The notes: a model not told the origin generated them from the sequence alone. Numbered from the stretch's first letter, positions 1 through 11,253 are shown. The stretch: DNA of 45,155 nucleotides from an uncultured Luminiphilus sp. (GCA_938091425.1 CALKHC010000111.1:1-45155), one strand, 5' to 3'. A program made the numbers and translations.

Positions 1-72
1 TGTGGCCCAGTGAGAGAAACACAGACACAGTAGCGTGAGCAGCGAGCGCTTTATGAGGGGTAGTGCAGACAT
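1..72 (-). CDS. lptA: LPS transport periplasmic protein LptA, N-terminal fragment (runs off window)
   Basis: ATG at 72 on minus reads MSALPLIKRSLLTLLCLCFSHWAT, a signal-peptide-like stretch; lies directly downstream of lptC as in the conserved kdsD-kdsC-lptC-lptA order. Confidence 0.7.
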   Translation of the reverse strand, partial: MSALPLIKRSLLTLLCLCFSHWAT

Positions 73-101
73 GGCCCTACATCAAGTCCGAAACACGGTC
101 G

Positions 102-641
102 CTATTCATATTCTGTTCTGACATCGCCCTTCAGTGTCGCCGTGCTGCTTTGTAAATCCAGCTCAAACGACGAGCCTGTCGTACGACTGCCTTGGCCTGT
201 CATCACCACCTCTTGCTCGCCTTGCGCAAGCTTCTGGTCCATATAAAGGCGCATGGACTCTGTTTGCACCGTAGCGTCTCTGGTTCGCTCCAGTACTGTG
301 ACTCCATTTTTGAGCTCAAGTTCATTGACGTCCTCAAAGAAAATCCCGGCCGCGGCGTCAATATCCCAGACCGCGCCATTTTCCGCCTGTGCTAGGTACC
401 GGATCTCGCTGAGCGTGGTTTCTTCGCTATTCTGCCATCGGGTCGCTTCGCCGATTTCCAGAATGTCCGATGCGACGCCATCTGAAGAAAAGTGTCGTCG
501 CGTGCCATCGTGCAGATAGCTCGCGATGAGCTGATCTTCCTCCAAGTTCATCTGCTTGGCAGGCGAAGATTCCGGAGCGAATGACTGCCAGAGTGCGATG
601 CCTAGCGCGGCCATGCCTAGCGTGATCAAAAGGCCTTTCAT
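102..641 (-). CDS. lptC: LPS export ABC transporter periplasmic protein LptC
   Basis: Start MKGLLITLG at 641 overlaps kdsC stop (TGATG); single N-terminal TM helix then beta-rich domain ending LKGDVRTEYE; synteny. Confidence 0.88.
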   Translation of the reverse strand: MKGLLITLGMAALGIALWQSFAPESSPAKQMNLEEDQLIASYLHDGTRRHFSSDGVASDILEIGEATRWQNSEETTLSEIRYLAQAENGAVWDIDAAAGIFFEDVNELELKNGVTVLERTRDATVQTESMRLYMDQKLAQGEQEVVMTGQGSRTTGSSFELDLQSSTATLKGDVRTEYE

Positions 642-1165
642 CAGAAGGTCCTGATCACATCGGACAGGCGGCCTTGCGACTGCAAAATAAAATCTGCCAG
701 TGCCCGGACCGCACCTGCACCTCCCGGTGAGGGCGCGATCCAGTCTGCACACTCGCGAACCGCCTCAATCGCGTCGCTGGGGCAAGTGGCTAGTCCCACT
801 AAACGGAGGGCGCCGAGATCAGGAAGGTCGTCTCCCATATAAGCCACCTCAGCAGCGCTGAGCCTCTTTGCATTCAGCAACTCTTCGAGCGCCAAACCCT
901 TGTCTTCACGTCCCTGAATCACGGAGGTGATCCCCAGTTCGCTGGCGCGCCTTTCCACAGCTTCTGAAGATCTGCCCGTGATGATCGCCACATCGATATC
1001 ACAGCGCTGAAGTAGTTTGATGCCAAGTCCATCCTTAATGTTGAAGGGTTTGGTCTCCGGTTCTGACACGCTCCGGTAAAGCAACGTGCCGTCGGTCATC
1101 ACGCCATCGACATCCAGCACTACCAGCTTGATCGACTCCGCTTTCTGTGCTGCCCGACCCGTCAT
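641..1165 (-). CDS. kdsC: KDO 8-phosphate phosphatase (HAD family)
   Basis: LDVDGVMTDG HAD motif I, DGLGI, IITGR, YMGDDLPD, GGAGAVR. Confidence 0.95.
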   Translation of the reverse strand: MTGRAAQKAESIKLVVLDVDGVMTDGTLLYRSVSEPETKPFNIKDGLGIKLLQRCDIDVAIITGRSSEAVERRASELGITSVIQGREDKGLALEELLNAKRLSAAEVAYMGDDLPDLGALRLVGLATCPSDAIEAVRECADWIAPSPGGAGAVRALADFILQSQGRLSDVIRTF

Positions 1166-2142
1166 GAGATACCCGCCTTCAACAATGCTAGTAGCGTGAC
1201 AATGCCGAGAATCCTGTTCTGATCGTCAACGACTACCAATGCGCTGATTTGGTGCCTCTCCATTAAGGCCATGGCTTCGGCCGCCAACAATTCTTGATGA
1301 ATGGTACGCGCGCCGGAAGTCATCGCCGCGGTCAGCGGCGTGGTGCGCAAATCGGTGTCATTTTCGACCGCACGTCGCAGATCACCGTCAGTAAATATGC
1401 CCAGCAACTGATGACCGTCCGACGAGACGGTGGTCATACCGAGACCTTTTTGCGTCATCTCATAGATCGCATCGGTTAGCATCGCGGTAGGTGTCACCGT
1501 CGGGATGTCACTGCCGCTGACCATCACGTCGGCAACGCGAAGCAGTAATCTTTTACCCAGTGCGCCTCCAGGATGCGAGAAGGCAAATTCCTCGGCCGTG
1601 AAACCCCGCGCCTCAAGAATCGCGATCGCCAGCGCGTCGCCCATCACCAGTGCTGCGGTCGTGCTGGAAGTAGGCGCCAGATTCAGCGGGCAGGCTTCTG
1701 TTTCCACCGAGGCGAGTAGATGCACATCGGCGGCCCGCGCGAGCTCGGATGTGTCATTGCCTGTCATGCTGATCAGAGGAATATTGAGGCGCTTGATCAA
1801 GGGTAAAAGCGTCAGGATCTCGTGCGTGCTGCCACTATTGGACAGAGCGATGACGCAGTCGCTCGCAGTGATCATGCCGATGTCACCATGGGATGCTTCG
1901 CCGGGGTGCACAAAAAAAGCGGGTGTTCCGGTGCTAGCCAGTGTGGCGGCAATTTTGCCCGCGATATGTCCACTTTTGCCCATACCCGTCACCACCACAC
2001 GACCCGCCGTATCGAGGATGCAACGAGAGGCGGCTGCAAAGGTCGGCCCCAGTGCGTCGCCCAGCGCAGACACTGCGCCCGCTTCCATTGCGATGGTTCT
2101 CTGTGCGGAGTCGATGAAAAATTGATCGGTGCGGTTGGCCAT
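1162..2142 (-). CDS. kdsD: Arabinose 5-phosphate isomerase (KpsF/GutQ family; SIS plus 2 CBS domains)
   Basis: GMGKSGHIAGKIAATLASTGTP, HPGEASHGD, EACPLNLAPTSST, HPGGALG. Confidence 0.96.
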   Translation of the reverse strand: MANRTDQFFIDSAQRTIAMEAGAVSALGDALGPTFAAASRCILDTAGRVVVTGMGKSGHIAGKIAATLASTGTPAFFVHPGEASHGDIGMITASDCVIALSNSGSTHEILTLLPLIKRLNIPLISMTGNDTSELARAADVHLLASVETEACPLNLAPTSSTTAALVMGDALAIAILEARGFTAEEFAFSHPGGALGKRLLLRVADVMVSGSDIPTVTPTAMLTDAIYEMTQKGLGMTTVSSDGHQLLGIFTDGDLRRAVENDTDLRTTPLTAAMTSGARTIHQELLAAEAMALMERHQISALVVVDDQNRILGIVTLLALLKAGIS

Positions 2143-2163
2143 GTTGTGCCTTCTAGGACTCAG

Positions 2164-3120
2164 TCAAGGTACCAAAAAGAGCCAGCCGTAATAAGCGATG
2201 TAGAGAGACAGCAATAGCAACCCTGTTCCTCGCTTCAACGTGCCGGATCCGGACTCCCCATTCCAACGCCACAGCGCTGCGAGGGCAAGAACCAGAGTCG
2301 TGAGAAATACCGCGACCATGTCCCGAGTGACTACTGCCGACTGGAGTGAGAGGCTGCCCCACAGGCCCGGAATGGCCAACACCAACAAAATATTGAACAT
2401 GTTTGATCCGACGATGGCACCCACTGCCATATCGGCGTGACCTTTTAATGCGCTCATAATCGCAGCGGCCAATTCCGGCAGGCTGGTCCCCACGGCGACA
2501 ATGGTCAGACCAATCACAAGCTCTGACACGCCCAATGCTGTGGCGATGTGGGAAGCAGCCCAGACCAATATTCGCGAGGACGCAATCAACAATGCGAGCC
2601 CAACGAGGAAAGACAGCCATGCCAATGGCAGAGCGAGGGAAGGTATCTCGCGTGCCTCAATTTGGTCATCGGATTGTCGAGCGTGCTGGGCGACGCGAAC
2701 AAAGAACAGCCCCAGCGCGCTGAGCAGGACGATACTGTCTGATCGCGAGAGCTCGCGGTCGTAAAGCAAGAACCAGGTGAGGAGGACTACCAACATCAGC
2801 AGGGGCAGATCGATCCAGGTCGTATCCCGGCCCAGCGCTATGCTGCTGAACAAGAGGGTGACGCCCAATACCAGTCCCACGTTGGCGATGTTGGAACCCA
2901 GTGCATTGCCGACGGCCAGCTCACCCGAGCCCGCGAGGGCAGACATGATTGAAATAAGGATCTCGGGTGCAGAGGTGCCGACCGAGACGATTGTCAGGCC
3001 AATGAGCATAGGTGTGAGGCCCGCCCGCTTTGCGATGGCCGAGGCGCCATCTACGAAGCGATCAGCGCTCCAGACGAGTGCCACCAAACCCACTGCGATC
3101 ACTGTCGAGTACCACAACAC
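2164..3120 (-). CDS. yrbG: Calcium/sodium antiporter (YrbG family)
   Basis: Two alpha repeats GTSAPE...GSNIAN and GTSLPE...GSNMFN; many TM helices; GTG at 3120 preceded by AGAGGA (ORF track starts at 3144). Confidence 0.9.
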   Translation of the reverse strand: MLWYSTVIAVGLVALVWSADRFVDGASAIAKRAGLTPMLIGLTIVSVGTSAPEILISIMSALAGSGELAVGNALGSNIANVGLVLGVTLLFSSIALGRDTTWIDLPLLMLVVLLTWFLLYDRELSRSDSIVLLSALGLFFVRVAQHARQSDDQIEAREIPSLALPLAWLSFLVGLALLIASSRILVWAASHIATALGVSELVIGLTIVAVGTSLPELAAAIMSALKGHADMAVGAIVGSNMFNILLVLAIPGLWGSLSLQSAVVTRDMVAVFLTTLVLALAALWRWNGESGSGTLKRGTGLLLLSLYIAYYGWLFLVP

Positions 3121-3339
3121 GATATGCTTTCCTCTTTGGTCCATTTGGTGGATAAGTGGGCCGAGCGACGATCGGGTATCATTGCGCGCGAAGGTGTGTT
3201 GTGCGGTAGAGGAGGGTCCATCGTCACTTCACGCGAGACAGTCTAACCCACTCAATTCTCATGTTGGCAGCTATTCACATTTGGCGGACGGAATGGGTGA
3301 TTCAGGGGTTAAAAGGAGTTTGTTGTGTTACACCGATTA

Positions 3340-4020
3340 ATGTGTGTGCTGGCCAATATGGCACTTTGTTTGGCGGTCATCCAAGGAGGCCCCGTGCGCG
3401 CCGAGCAAGCCTCTGTGAGTCAGCGGGGGCCCGCTGAGGTCATCAGTGATGTGACGGCTCAGGTGATGACGGTGGTCGCAGATGCCAATACGTATTTTGA
3501 CCAAGACCCCGACCGCTACTACCGCGAGATTGACGGAGCGCTCGCCGAGTTGGTGGACTGGCGGGGTTTTGCCACCGCTGTGATGGGCGAATATTACAGC
3601 CGTGGCCGCTCTCTGGATAAAGCCGGCAGGGCCAATCTCAAGCGCCAGAGAGATGACTTCGCAACGACCTTGAGAGAGGGTTTGATCAGAAGCTACGCCA
3701 AGGGATTGCTGGCGTTCGGCGGCGCCAAAATGGAAGTGAAGGGTGCGGAGGCTTCACCGCAAAGCGCGCGCGTCGCCTCAGTCACGCAGCTGGTTTATGG
3801 TGAGGCAGATCGGGTCTACACCATCCGCTATCAGATGGGTCAGTACAATGATGGGGCTTGGCGCTTGAGAAATCTGATCATCGAGACCATCAATCTCGGA
3901 GAAATATATCGCAATCAGTTCAGCGCGCTTGCCAGGGACGCCGATGGTGACCTGAATAGCGTGATTGCCCAGTGGAATGAGACTGTGGTCGAGCAGCCGG
4001 AGGAATTGACCCGTGACTGA
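3340..4020 (+). CDS. mlaC: Phospholipid-binding periplasmic protein MlaC/Ttg2D
   Basis: Signal peptide; family-like segments VDWRGFATAVMG, LIRSYAKGL, WRLRNLIIETINLGEIYRNQF; position upstream of bolA-murA. Start uncertain (3325-3358). Confidence 0.85.
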   Translation: MCVLANMALCLAVIQGGPVRAEQASVSQRGPAEVISDVTAQVMTVVADANTYFDQDPDRYYREIDGALAELVDWRGFATAVMGEYYSRGRSLDKAGRANLKRQRDDFATTLREGLIRSYAKGLLAFGGAKMEVKGAEASPQSARVASVTQLVYGEADRVYTIRYQMGQYNDGAWRLRNLIIETINLGEIYRNQFSALARDADGDLNSVIAQWNETVVEQPEELTRD

Positions 4021-4231
4021 ATCAGAGTTAACCCAGCTGTTATCCGACGCCTTTCCGGGCGCGCAGGTGTCTGTGGCGCTCGAGGGAGGGCATGTGGATA
4101 TTACGGTGATTAGCGCAGAGTTTGAGGGAGTGAGGCCGGTCGCGCGCCAGCAGCGAGTTTATGCGCCGCTATCGGGACTCATTGCCGACGGCACCCTGCA
4201 CGCAGTCAATATCAGTGCGCAAACACCCTGA
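4013..4231 (+). CDS. ibaG: BolA/IbaG family protein
   Basis: VISAEFEG, RQQRVYAPL, LHAVNISAQTP; immediately upstream of murA. Confidence 0.9.
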   Translation: MTESELTQLLSDAFPGAQVSVALEGGHVDITVISAEFEGVRPVARQQRVYAPLSGLIADGTLHAVNISAQTP

Positions 4232-5506
<1,275 letters not shown>

Positions 5507-5525
5507 GGGTCTGAATAACACTGTT

Positions 5526-6182
5526 ATGAAATTCGCACACACATTAACGATAGCGCTGACCAAGGGCCGGATATTGAAGGAGACGCTGCCATTGCTGGCA
5601 GAGGTAGGCATCGCGCCGCAAGAGGATCTCGATAGCAGCCGTAAGCTGATCGTCGCGACTACCGTGCCCAATATCAGCTTGGTGATCCTGCGCGGATCGG
5701 ACGTACCCACCTACGTCCGACACGGTGCTGCTGACGTCGGGATCGCGGGAAAAGATATGTTGCTGGAGTTCGGGGGCGAGGGCATATACGAGCCACTAGA
5801 TTTGGGTATTGCGCGATGTCGCCTCATGACGGCCGGACCCGTTTCTGACCCGAGCGAGGCGGTTGAACGTCGCCGTGTGAGGGTGGCGACAAAATTCGTT
5901 AACGTCGCCAGAGCACACTATGCGCGCAAAGGTCTGCATGCCGATCTCATCAAGCTCTACGGTTCCATGGAACTGGCGCCACTGATGGGCTTGGCGGATG
6001 AGATCGTGGACATTGTCGATACTGGAAAGACGTTGGCAGAGAACGGCATGGCGCCGCGCGAATTGATCGCAGATATCTCATCGCGACTCATTGTGAACAA
6101 GGCATCAATGCGTACCAGGCATGCTTCCGTCCAAACATTAGTCGAAGCGCTGACCGGTGCTGTGGAATCAGCAGGGCTGTGA
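5526..6182 (+). CDS. hisG: ATP phosphoribosyltransferase, short form (needs HisZ)
   Basis: [42 protein letters not shown]; about 218 aa without the C-terminal regulatory domain. Confidence 0.95.
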   Translation: MKFAHTLTIALTKGRILKETLPLLAEVGIAPQEDLDSSRKLIVATTVPNISLVILRGSDVPTYVRHGAADVGIAGKDMLLEFGGEGIYEPLDLGIARCRLMTAGPVSDPSEAVERRRVRVATKFVNVARAHYARKGLHADLIKLYGSMELAPLMGLADEIVDIVDTGKTLAENGMAPRELIADISSRLIVNKASMRTRHASVQTLVEALTGAVESAGL

Positions 6183-7495
6183 TGGCAACGCATTCGATTA
6201 GCCGATTGGACATGGCCCAGCCTGACTTTGAGGCCGCCTTTGGTCGCTTGCTGATCAGTCCTGCAGAGGCCGATACGGACCTTGCACGAACTGTGACGCA
6301 GATTGTGGCGGCTGTGGCGCAAGAGGGTGATGCCGCGTTGCTCAGATACACCAACGAACTGGATCGGCGTACGGTAGAAGATGCTCAGGCGCTTCGTGTC
6401 AGCCCCGATACCATGGAGCAGGCTTTGGCCAACTTGAGCGCGGACGTGTCAGCGGCGCTCACGCTGGCGGCGGCGCGCATTAGGGGGTTCCACGAACGCC
6501 AGCGTGCCGAGAGTTGGCAATACGAGGACGAAGAAGGCAACGTGCTGGGACAGCGTGTCTCGGCGCTGGATTGCGTGGGTGTTTACGTGCCCGGTGGCCG
6601 GGCGAGCTACCCCTCTTCGGTACTGATGAATGCGATTCCCGCGAAAGTCGCCGGTGTGGAACGCGTTGTGATGGTGGTGCCAGCCCCAGGCGGCGAAATG
6701 AATCCCACGGTGCTGGCTGCGGCGGCGCTGGCGGGTGTCGACGAGGTATTCACCGTAGGCGGTGCGCAAGCCGTCGCAGCGCTGGCCTATGGCACGGCCA
6801 CATTGCCCAGAGTGGACAAAATTGTCGGTCCCGGTAACCGCTTTGTCGCGGAAGCAAAGCGGCAGGTGTTCGGGCGCGTGGGCATCGACATGGTAGCGGG
6901 CCCTTCCGAAATTTTGATTCTTGCGGACGGGTCAGTCGATCCCGAGTGGGTCACCATGGATCTGTTCGCACAGGCCGAGCATGACGAGTACGCCCAAGCG
7001 GTTTTGATCTCGCCCGATGGCGAATATCTGGATGCGGTGATGGCGTGTATCACGCGAGTGCTGCCCACGTTGTCGCGGCGCGAGATTGTGGCTGCGGCGC
7101 TAGAGAACCGCGGTGCGCTGATCAAGGTGCCGGACCTTGAAGCGGCAGTCGCGCTGAGCAATCGCATGGCACCCGAGCACCTCGAATTGGCGTTGGTGGA
7201 CCCAGAGAGCGTGATCGGCGATATCCGTGCAGCGGGCGCCATATTTATGGGGGCGATGTCCTCGGAGGCGCTTGGTGATTACTGCGCTGGTCCTAACCAC
7301 GTCTTGCCGACCGCGGGTTCTGCTCGATTTGCTTCGCCGCTGGGTGTCTATGACTTTCAACGCAGGACCAGCCTGATCCAAATCTCTGAGCAGGGCGCAC
7401 AGACTCTTGGTGAAGTTGCGGCGGTGCTCGCTGATGCAGAGGCCTTGGAGGCGCACGGGTTGAGTGCCCAAAAGCGCCTGCGCGGTGGAGACTGA
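6182..7495 (+). CDS. hisD: Histidinol dehydrogenase
   Basis: [47 protein letters not shown]. Confidence 0.98.
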   Translation: MATHSISRLDMAQPDFEAAFGRLLISPAEADTDLARTVTQIVAAVAQEGDAALLRYTNELDRRTVEDAQALRVSPDTMEQALANLSADVSAALTLAAARIRGFHERQRAESWQYEDEEGNVLGQRVSALDCVGVYVPGGRASYPSSVLMNAIPAKVAGVERVVMVVPAPGGEMNPTVLAAAALAGVDEVFTVGGAQAVAALAYGTATLPRVDKIVGPGNRFVAEAKRQVFGRVGIDMVAGPSEILILADGSVDPEWVTMDLFAQAEHDEYAQAVLISPDGEYLDAVMACITRVLPTLSRREIVAAALENRGALIKVPDLEAAVALSNRMAPEHLELALVDPESVIGDIRAAGAIFMGAMSSEALGDYCAGPNHVLPTAGSARFASPLGVYDFQRRTSLIQISEQGAQTLGEVAAVLADAEALEAHGLSAQKRLRGGD

Positions 7496-7496
7496 G

Positions 7497-8597
7497 TCAG
7501 CTGTTGCTGCGTGTGCCGACTACCGCTTCTAACTCGATAGGCACACCTTCGCGATCCAAATCGACCCGCAGGAGATGACCCGGTCGCAATTGAGCGATTT
7601 GTAACATTGCCGCCCTGCCATCTACGACGGGTTCTCCATCCATCGCGACAATAATGTCATTCAATTGGATGCCCGCGCGCTCCGCGGGTCCGCCGGGAGC
7701 AAGATCTGTCACGATCAGCTGCTGAACCGGCCCTCCCGCCTGCTGTTCGCTCAGCAGCACTTCCACGCTCACGCCCAGCCAACCGCGAATGACGTGACCA
7801 TATTTGACGATGTCATCCAGCACTGCCGCAGCCAGCTCGCTTGGGGTAGCAAGATTGATCCCAATCCCCGTGGTTTCCCCGTTGCGCTCCGTGCCCGCGG
7901 TATAGATCAGCGTGTTAATGCCGACCAAGCGACCTTGATTATCAATCAGGGCCCCGCCTGAGCTACCGAGGTGGATAGTGGCATCGGTTTGAATATAGCC
8001 CTCGTAGGTCGACAACTGTAAACCGAAGCGACCTACTCCCGAGACGATACCCTGAGATACGGAGTGACCGAAGCCATAAGGATTGCCTATGGCCAATACC
8101 ACATCACCGACGGCGATGCCTTCGGCGTCCGCCAGTGCAATAGGCGTCAGTTCGGGCAGGTCGATGTGCAGAATGGCGAGATCTGTCTCGGGGTCACTGC
8201 CTACCACCGAGGCACTGGCAGAACGGCCGTCCGCGAGCAGCACCTGAATGGCATCAGCGCCTGTAATCACGTGGTTGTTGGTGACGATGTGTCCGGCAGC
8301 GCTGAGAATGACGCCCGAGCCCAGCGAGCGTTCGATGCGCTGGCGGTTACCGCGATTGGAGAATAATCGACGCTGTAACGGCGAGTTCAGGCGGGGATCA
8401 GCGCGCGCATCAACCAATTTGGCGGTGTAGATATTAACGACCGAGGGCGTCGCCAGCGCCACGGCATCACGGTACCCGCCGCTAACGGGTGCAATGAGAG
8501 CCTGCTGCGGCTCTAGTACCCATTTATCGAGAATGAGTGCAGCAGCGAGGACGCCGACCAGCGCCGGCCAAATAAAGGCGGTCAGTTCTTGTTTCAC
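7497..8597 (-). CDS. algW: HtrA-family serine protease with one PDZ domain (AlgW/DegS)
   Basis: N-terminal anchor, SLGSGVI, TNNHVI, TDLAIL, QTDA...GSSGGAL, single PDZ; position after his genes. Confidence 0.85.
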   Translation of the reverse strand: MKQELTAFIWPALVGVLAAALILDKWVLEPQQALIAPVSGGYRDAVALATPSVVNIYTAKLVDARADPRLNSPLQRRLFSNRGNRQRIERSLGSGVILSAAGHIVTNNHVITGADAIQVLLADGRSASASVVGSDPETDLAILHIDLPELTPIALADAEGIAVGDVVLAIGNPYGFGHSVSQGIVSGVGRFGLQLSTYEGYIQTDATIHLGSSGGALIDNQGRLVGINTLIYTAGTERNGETTGIGINLATPSELAAAVLDDIVKYGHVIRGWLGVSVEVLLSEQQAGGPVQQLIVTDLAPGGPAERAGIQLNDIIVAMDGEPVVDGRAAMLQIAQLRPGHLLRVDLDREGVPIELEAVVGTRSNS

Positions 8598-8673
8598 ATA
8601 GATCTCCTGGGGGCATTGTAAATGATCGTGCGCTGGTTATTCTCTTCAAAGAGATCATTGGTTTGGATGGACC

Positions 8674-9429
8674 ATGGGCTGCACACGGCAACAACTGAAC
8701 GAATTTTTTGACGATTTATTGACGCCGCAACGCTTCAATGATTATTGCCCAAACGGGTTGCAGGTGGAGGGAGCGTTCGACCTGCAGCATTTGGTCACCG
8801 GTGTAACAGCCAGTCAGGCGCTGATTGAGGCTGCTCGCGACCGCGGGGCTGACGCGATCTTGGTCCATCACGGCTATTTCTGGCGCTCAGAGTCGCCTTG
8901 TATAACGGGGATGAAAGCGACGCGACTACGCGCGCTGATGACGGACGATATCAATCTGTTTGCCTACCATCTGCCGCTAGATTGTCATCCGGTGCACGGC
9001 AATAACGCAGCGCTTGGGCGGCTGATGGGCATCGAAGCACCCGAGCCTCTCGATCCGGAAGATCCGGGCACGCCGGTGTTCTGGGGTCGGCTCGAGGAGT
9101 CGGTAACGGTTCAGGGGCTCGCGGACCGACTTGGTGTGGCTTTGGATCGCACGCCGCTTGTAATCGGAGAGGGCGACGTGAGGTCAGTGGCATGGTGCAC
9201 AGGGGCGGGACAGGGTTACATCGACCTTGCCGCCGAAGCAGGAACAGATGTTTATGTGACGGGGGAGGTTTCGGAGCAAACGGTCCACGTTGCCCGGGAG
9301 CGCGGTATCGCTTTTATCGGCGCGGGCCACCACGCCACCGAGCGCTACGGCGTGCAGGCGGTCGGTTCACTCGCAGCGAGAGCGCTGGGGTTGAGTCACG
9401 AGTTCATCGATATCGACAATCCCGCCTGA
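8674..9429 (+). CDS. Nif3-like dinuclear metal-centre protein (YbgI family)
   Basis: DYCPNGLQVEG, VHHGYFW, YHLPLDCHP, WCTGAGQ, GHHATERYG. Confidence 0.95.
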   Translation: MGCTRQQLNEFFDDLLTPQRFNDYCPNGLQVEGAFDLQHLVTGVTASQALIEAARDRGADAILVHHGYFWRSESPCITGMKATRLRALMTDDINLFAYHLPLDCHPVHGNNAALGRLMGIEAPEPLDPEDPGTPVFWGRLEESVTVQGLADRLGVALDRTPLVIGEGDVRSVAWCTGAGQGYIDLAAEAGTDVYVTGEVSEQTVHVARERGIAFIGAGHHATERYGVQAVGSLAARALGLSHEFIDIDNPA

Positions 9430-9434
9430 CGAGC

Positions 9435-9887
9435 TCAAGCAGCCGAGCTATTAGACTTATCGAGTCCGAATGTTTCCGAGAGTTGCCCCTGCTCATCTGG
9501 TTTCTTGGGCGCATAGTCCAGTGGTTGCGCCACCCCTACCAGATGCGGCTTGTCGGTCGTGTCTGCCGCCGGCGCGGTCAGAGCGGCCTCAGAGATACTG
9601 ACGCGATCGCCACATAGTTGCTCTGCGCCATCCGCGAGGTGCGAGTAAACGGCCCGATAGTCATCGGTTAGCTTGTGCAGGAGATCGGCGGTTTGCGAAA
9701 AGTGTTCAGAAACCTCCGCCTCGTAATCAGCCCGATCCTGTTTGGCCTGATCCAGCTGGCTTTCAAGGTCTATGATCACTTTGCGCTTGTTGTCGCCACG
9801 CGCATTTAAAGCCAGATACCACCCCACAAAGCCACCGATACCGCCACCTATGATGAGTGCAAAGACAAGATTAGACATCGAATACAT
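9435..9887 (-). CDS. zapG: YhcB/ZapG (DUF1043) membrane-anchored cell-division protein
   Basis: N-terminal TM helix, coiled coil, EVSEHFSQTADLL, YRAVYSHLADGA, QPLDYAPK; start at MYSMS (9887) or 9878. Confidence 0.9.
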   Translation of the reverse strand: MYSMSNLVFALIIGGGIGGFVGWYLALNARGDNKRKVIIDLESQLDQAKQDRADYEAEVSEHFSQTADLLHKLTDDYRAVYSHLADGAEQLCGDRVSISEAALTAPAADTTDKPHLVGVAQPLDYAPKKPDEQGQLSETFGLDKSNSSAA

Positions 9888-10124
9888 GATCTGGGGAGCC
9901 TTTGTTGGTTGCCGGAATTGGTTCCGCCTGTTCGGCTCAGTGTACTGCAACTCCGGCACGGCGTCCTCCCGGAGGGCCAGACAGGCCGGGAGCGATCTAT
10001 GTCGAGTGTAGGTCCCGTATATCTGGGAGCACTTAACAGCGCGCTTTTTGGACGAGCGGTCCGTGCTACCCTGCGTGCCGCGAATTCTGCGCCATGTCAT
10101 CACCAATCCTTACATCAGTGAGCC

Positions 10125-11231
10125 ATGACTGAAGGTTTGTCCCCATTACAGCGTTACCGTCGGGATGTGGAATCCGGCGCACTGCTGGCTGATCCTGCTC
10201 AGGAGAGTGTGATGCGCCAGTTGGACGACCTTCATCGCCGGCTGCTCGTCAGAGCGGCAGAGCAAAACACCCTCTGGAGGCGAGCCCGTAAGCTGATGGG
10301 CCGTCCCGAAGCGCCTGAGCGAGGCCTTTATCTCTGGGGCGGGGTGGGCCGGGGTAAAACCCATTTGGTGGATACCTTTTACGATAGCCTCGCTCTGGAG
10401 CGAAAACTCAGGGTTCACTTTCACCGCTTCATGCAGCGCGTGCATTCGGCGTTGACTCTGCACAGTGGCGCCAAAAACCCGCTTGAAGTCGTGGCGGGAG
10501 AAATCGCTGATGAGGCCCTGGTGCTGTGTTTTGATGAGTTTTTTGTCAGCGATATCGCTGATGCAATGATCCTGGGTGGATTGATCGAGGCGCTGTTTAG
10601 GCGGGGTGTCACGCTGGTCGCCACGTCGAACATCCCGCCGCATGAGCTGTATCGTGATGGGTTACAGCGGAGTCGTTTCCTGCCGGCAATTGCTTTACTG
10701 GAACAACATGTGACCGTGACACATCTGGAGGCGGCTACCGATTATCGGTTCAGAACCCTTCAGCGCGCTGATTTGTGGCACGTGCCACACGATGGGGCTG
10801 CCAGAGAGGCGCTGTCAGAGTATTTCTCATCGCTGACTGGACGGGAAGTTGGCGACGCCAAATGGGTCGAAATCAATCAGAGGCGGGTCAATCTGGTTGC
10901 CGATGCACCCGGTGTCGCCTGGGCGACCTTCAGTACCTTGTGTGAAGAGCCGCGCAGCGCCGCAGATTATGTCGAGATAGCCCGGGAGTACCACACCGTA
11001 TTGGTTGAACAAATTCCCCTGCTGAACCGAGATAAGGAGGATGCAGCGCGGCGTTTTATTAACTTGGTAGATGAGTTCTACGACCGCAATGTCAAACTCA
11101 TTGCCACAGCCGCTCAACCTCCAGCAACGCTCTATGAGGGATCAAGGTTGCGCTTCGAGTTCGATCGGACGGTGTCCAGACTTCAGGAGATGCGCACACA
11201 GGAATACCTGAAAGCGGAGCATCGGCCGTGA
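10125..11231 (+). CDS. zapE: Cell division ATPase ZapE (AFG1 family)
   Basis: GLYLWGGVGRGKT Walker A, LCFDEFFVSDIADAM, ATSN, RRFINLVDEFYD, RTVSRLQEM. Confidence 0.96.
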   Translation: MTEGLSPLQRYRRDVESGALLADPAQESVMRQLDDLHRRLLVRAAEQNTLWRRARKLMGRPEAPERGLYLWGGVGRGKTHLVDTFYDSLALERKLRVHFHRFMQRVHSALTLHSGAKNPLEVVAGEIADEALVLCFDEFFVSDIADAMILGGLIEALFRRGVTLVATSNIPPHELYRDGLQRSRFLPAIALLEQHVTVTHLEAATDYRFRTLQRADLWHVPHDGAAREALSEYFSSLTGREVGDAKWVEINQRRVNLVADAPGVAWATFSTLCEEPRSAADYVEIAREYHTVLVEQIPLLNRDKEDAARRFINLVDEFYDRNVKLIATAAQPPATLYEGSRLRFEFDRTVSRLQEMRTQEYLKAEHRP

Positions 11232-11253
11232 TGCTCGCGCGGCAAATTAACGG

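Noticed and set aside
5526-6182. HisG apparently truncated
   Set aside because: Matches the well-known short form that works with HisZ; not a pseudogene
9910-9958. Hammerhead ribozyme or 6S RNA reading of the three-way junction
   Set aside because: Has CUGA and a GGAAC but not the CUGANGA/GAAA core; lacks the long rod with central bubble and usual context of 6S RNA
9888-10106. N-terminal ORF-track extensions of zapG (likewise lptC, hisG, rsmH, mraY, ftsW, murC, ftsQ)
   Set aside because: Extensions lack family similarity and mostly overlap upstream genes; downstream starts fit known protein N-termini
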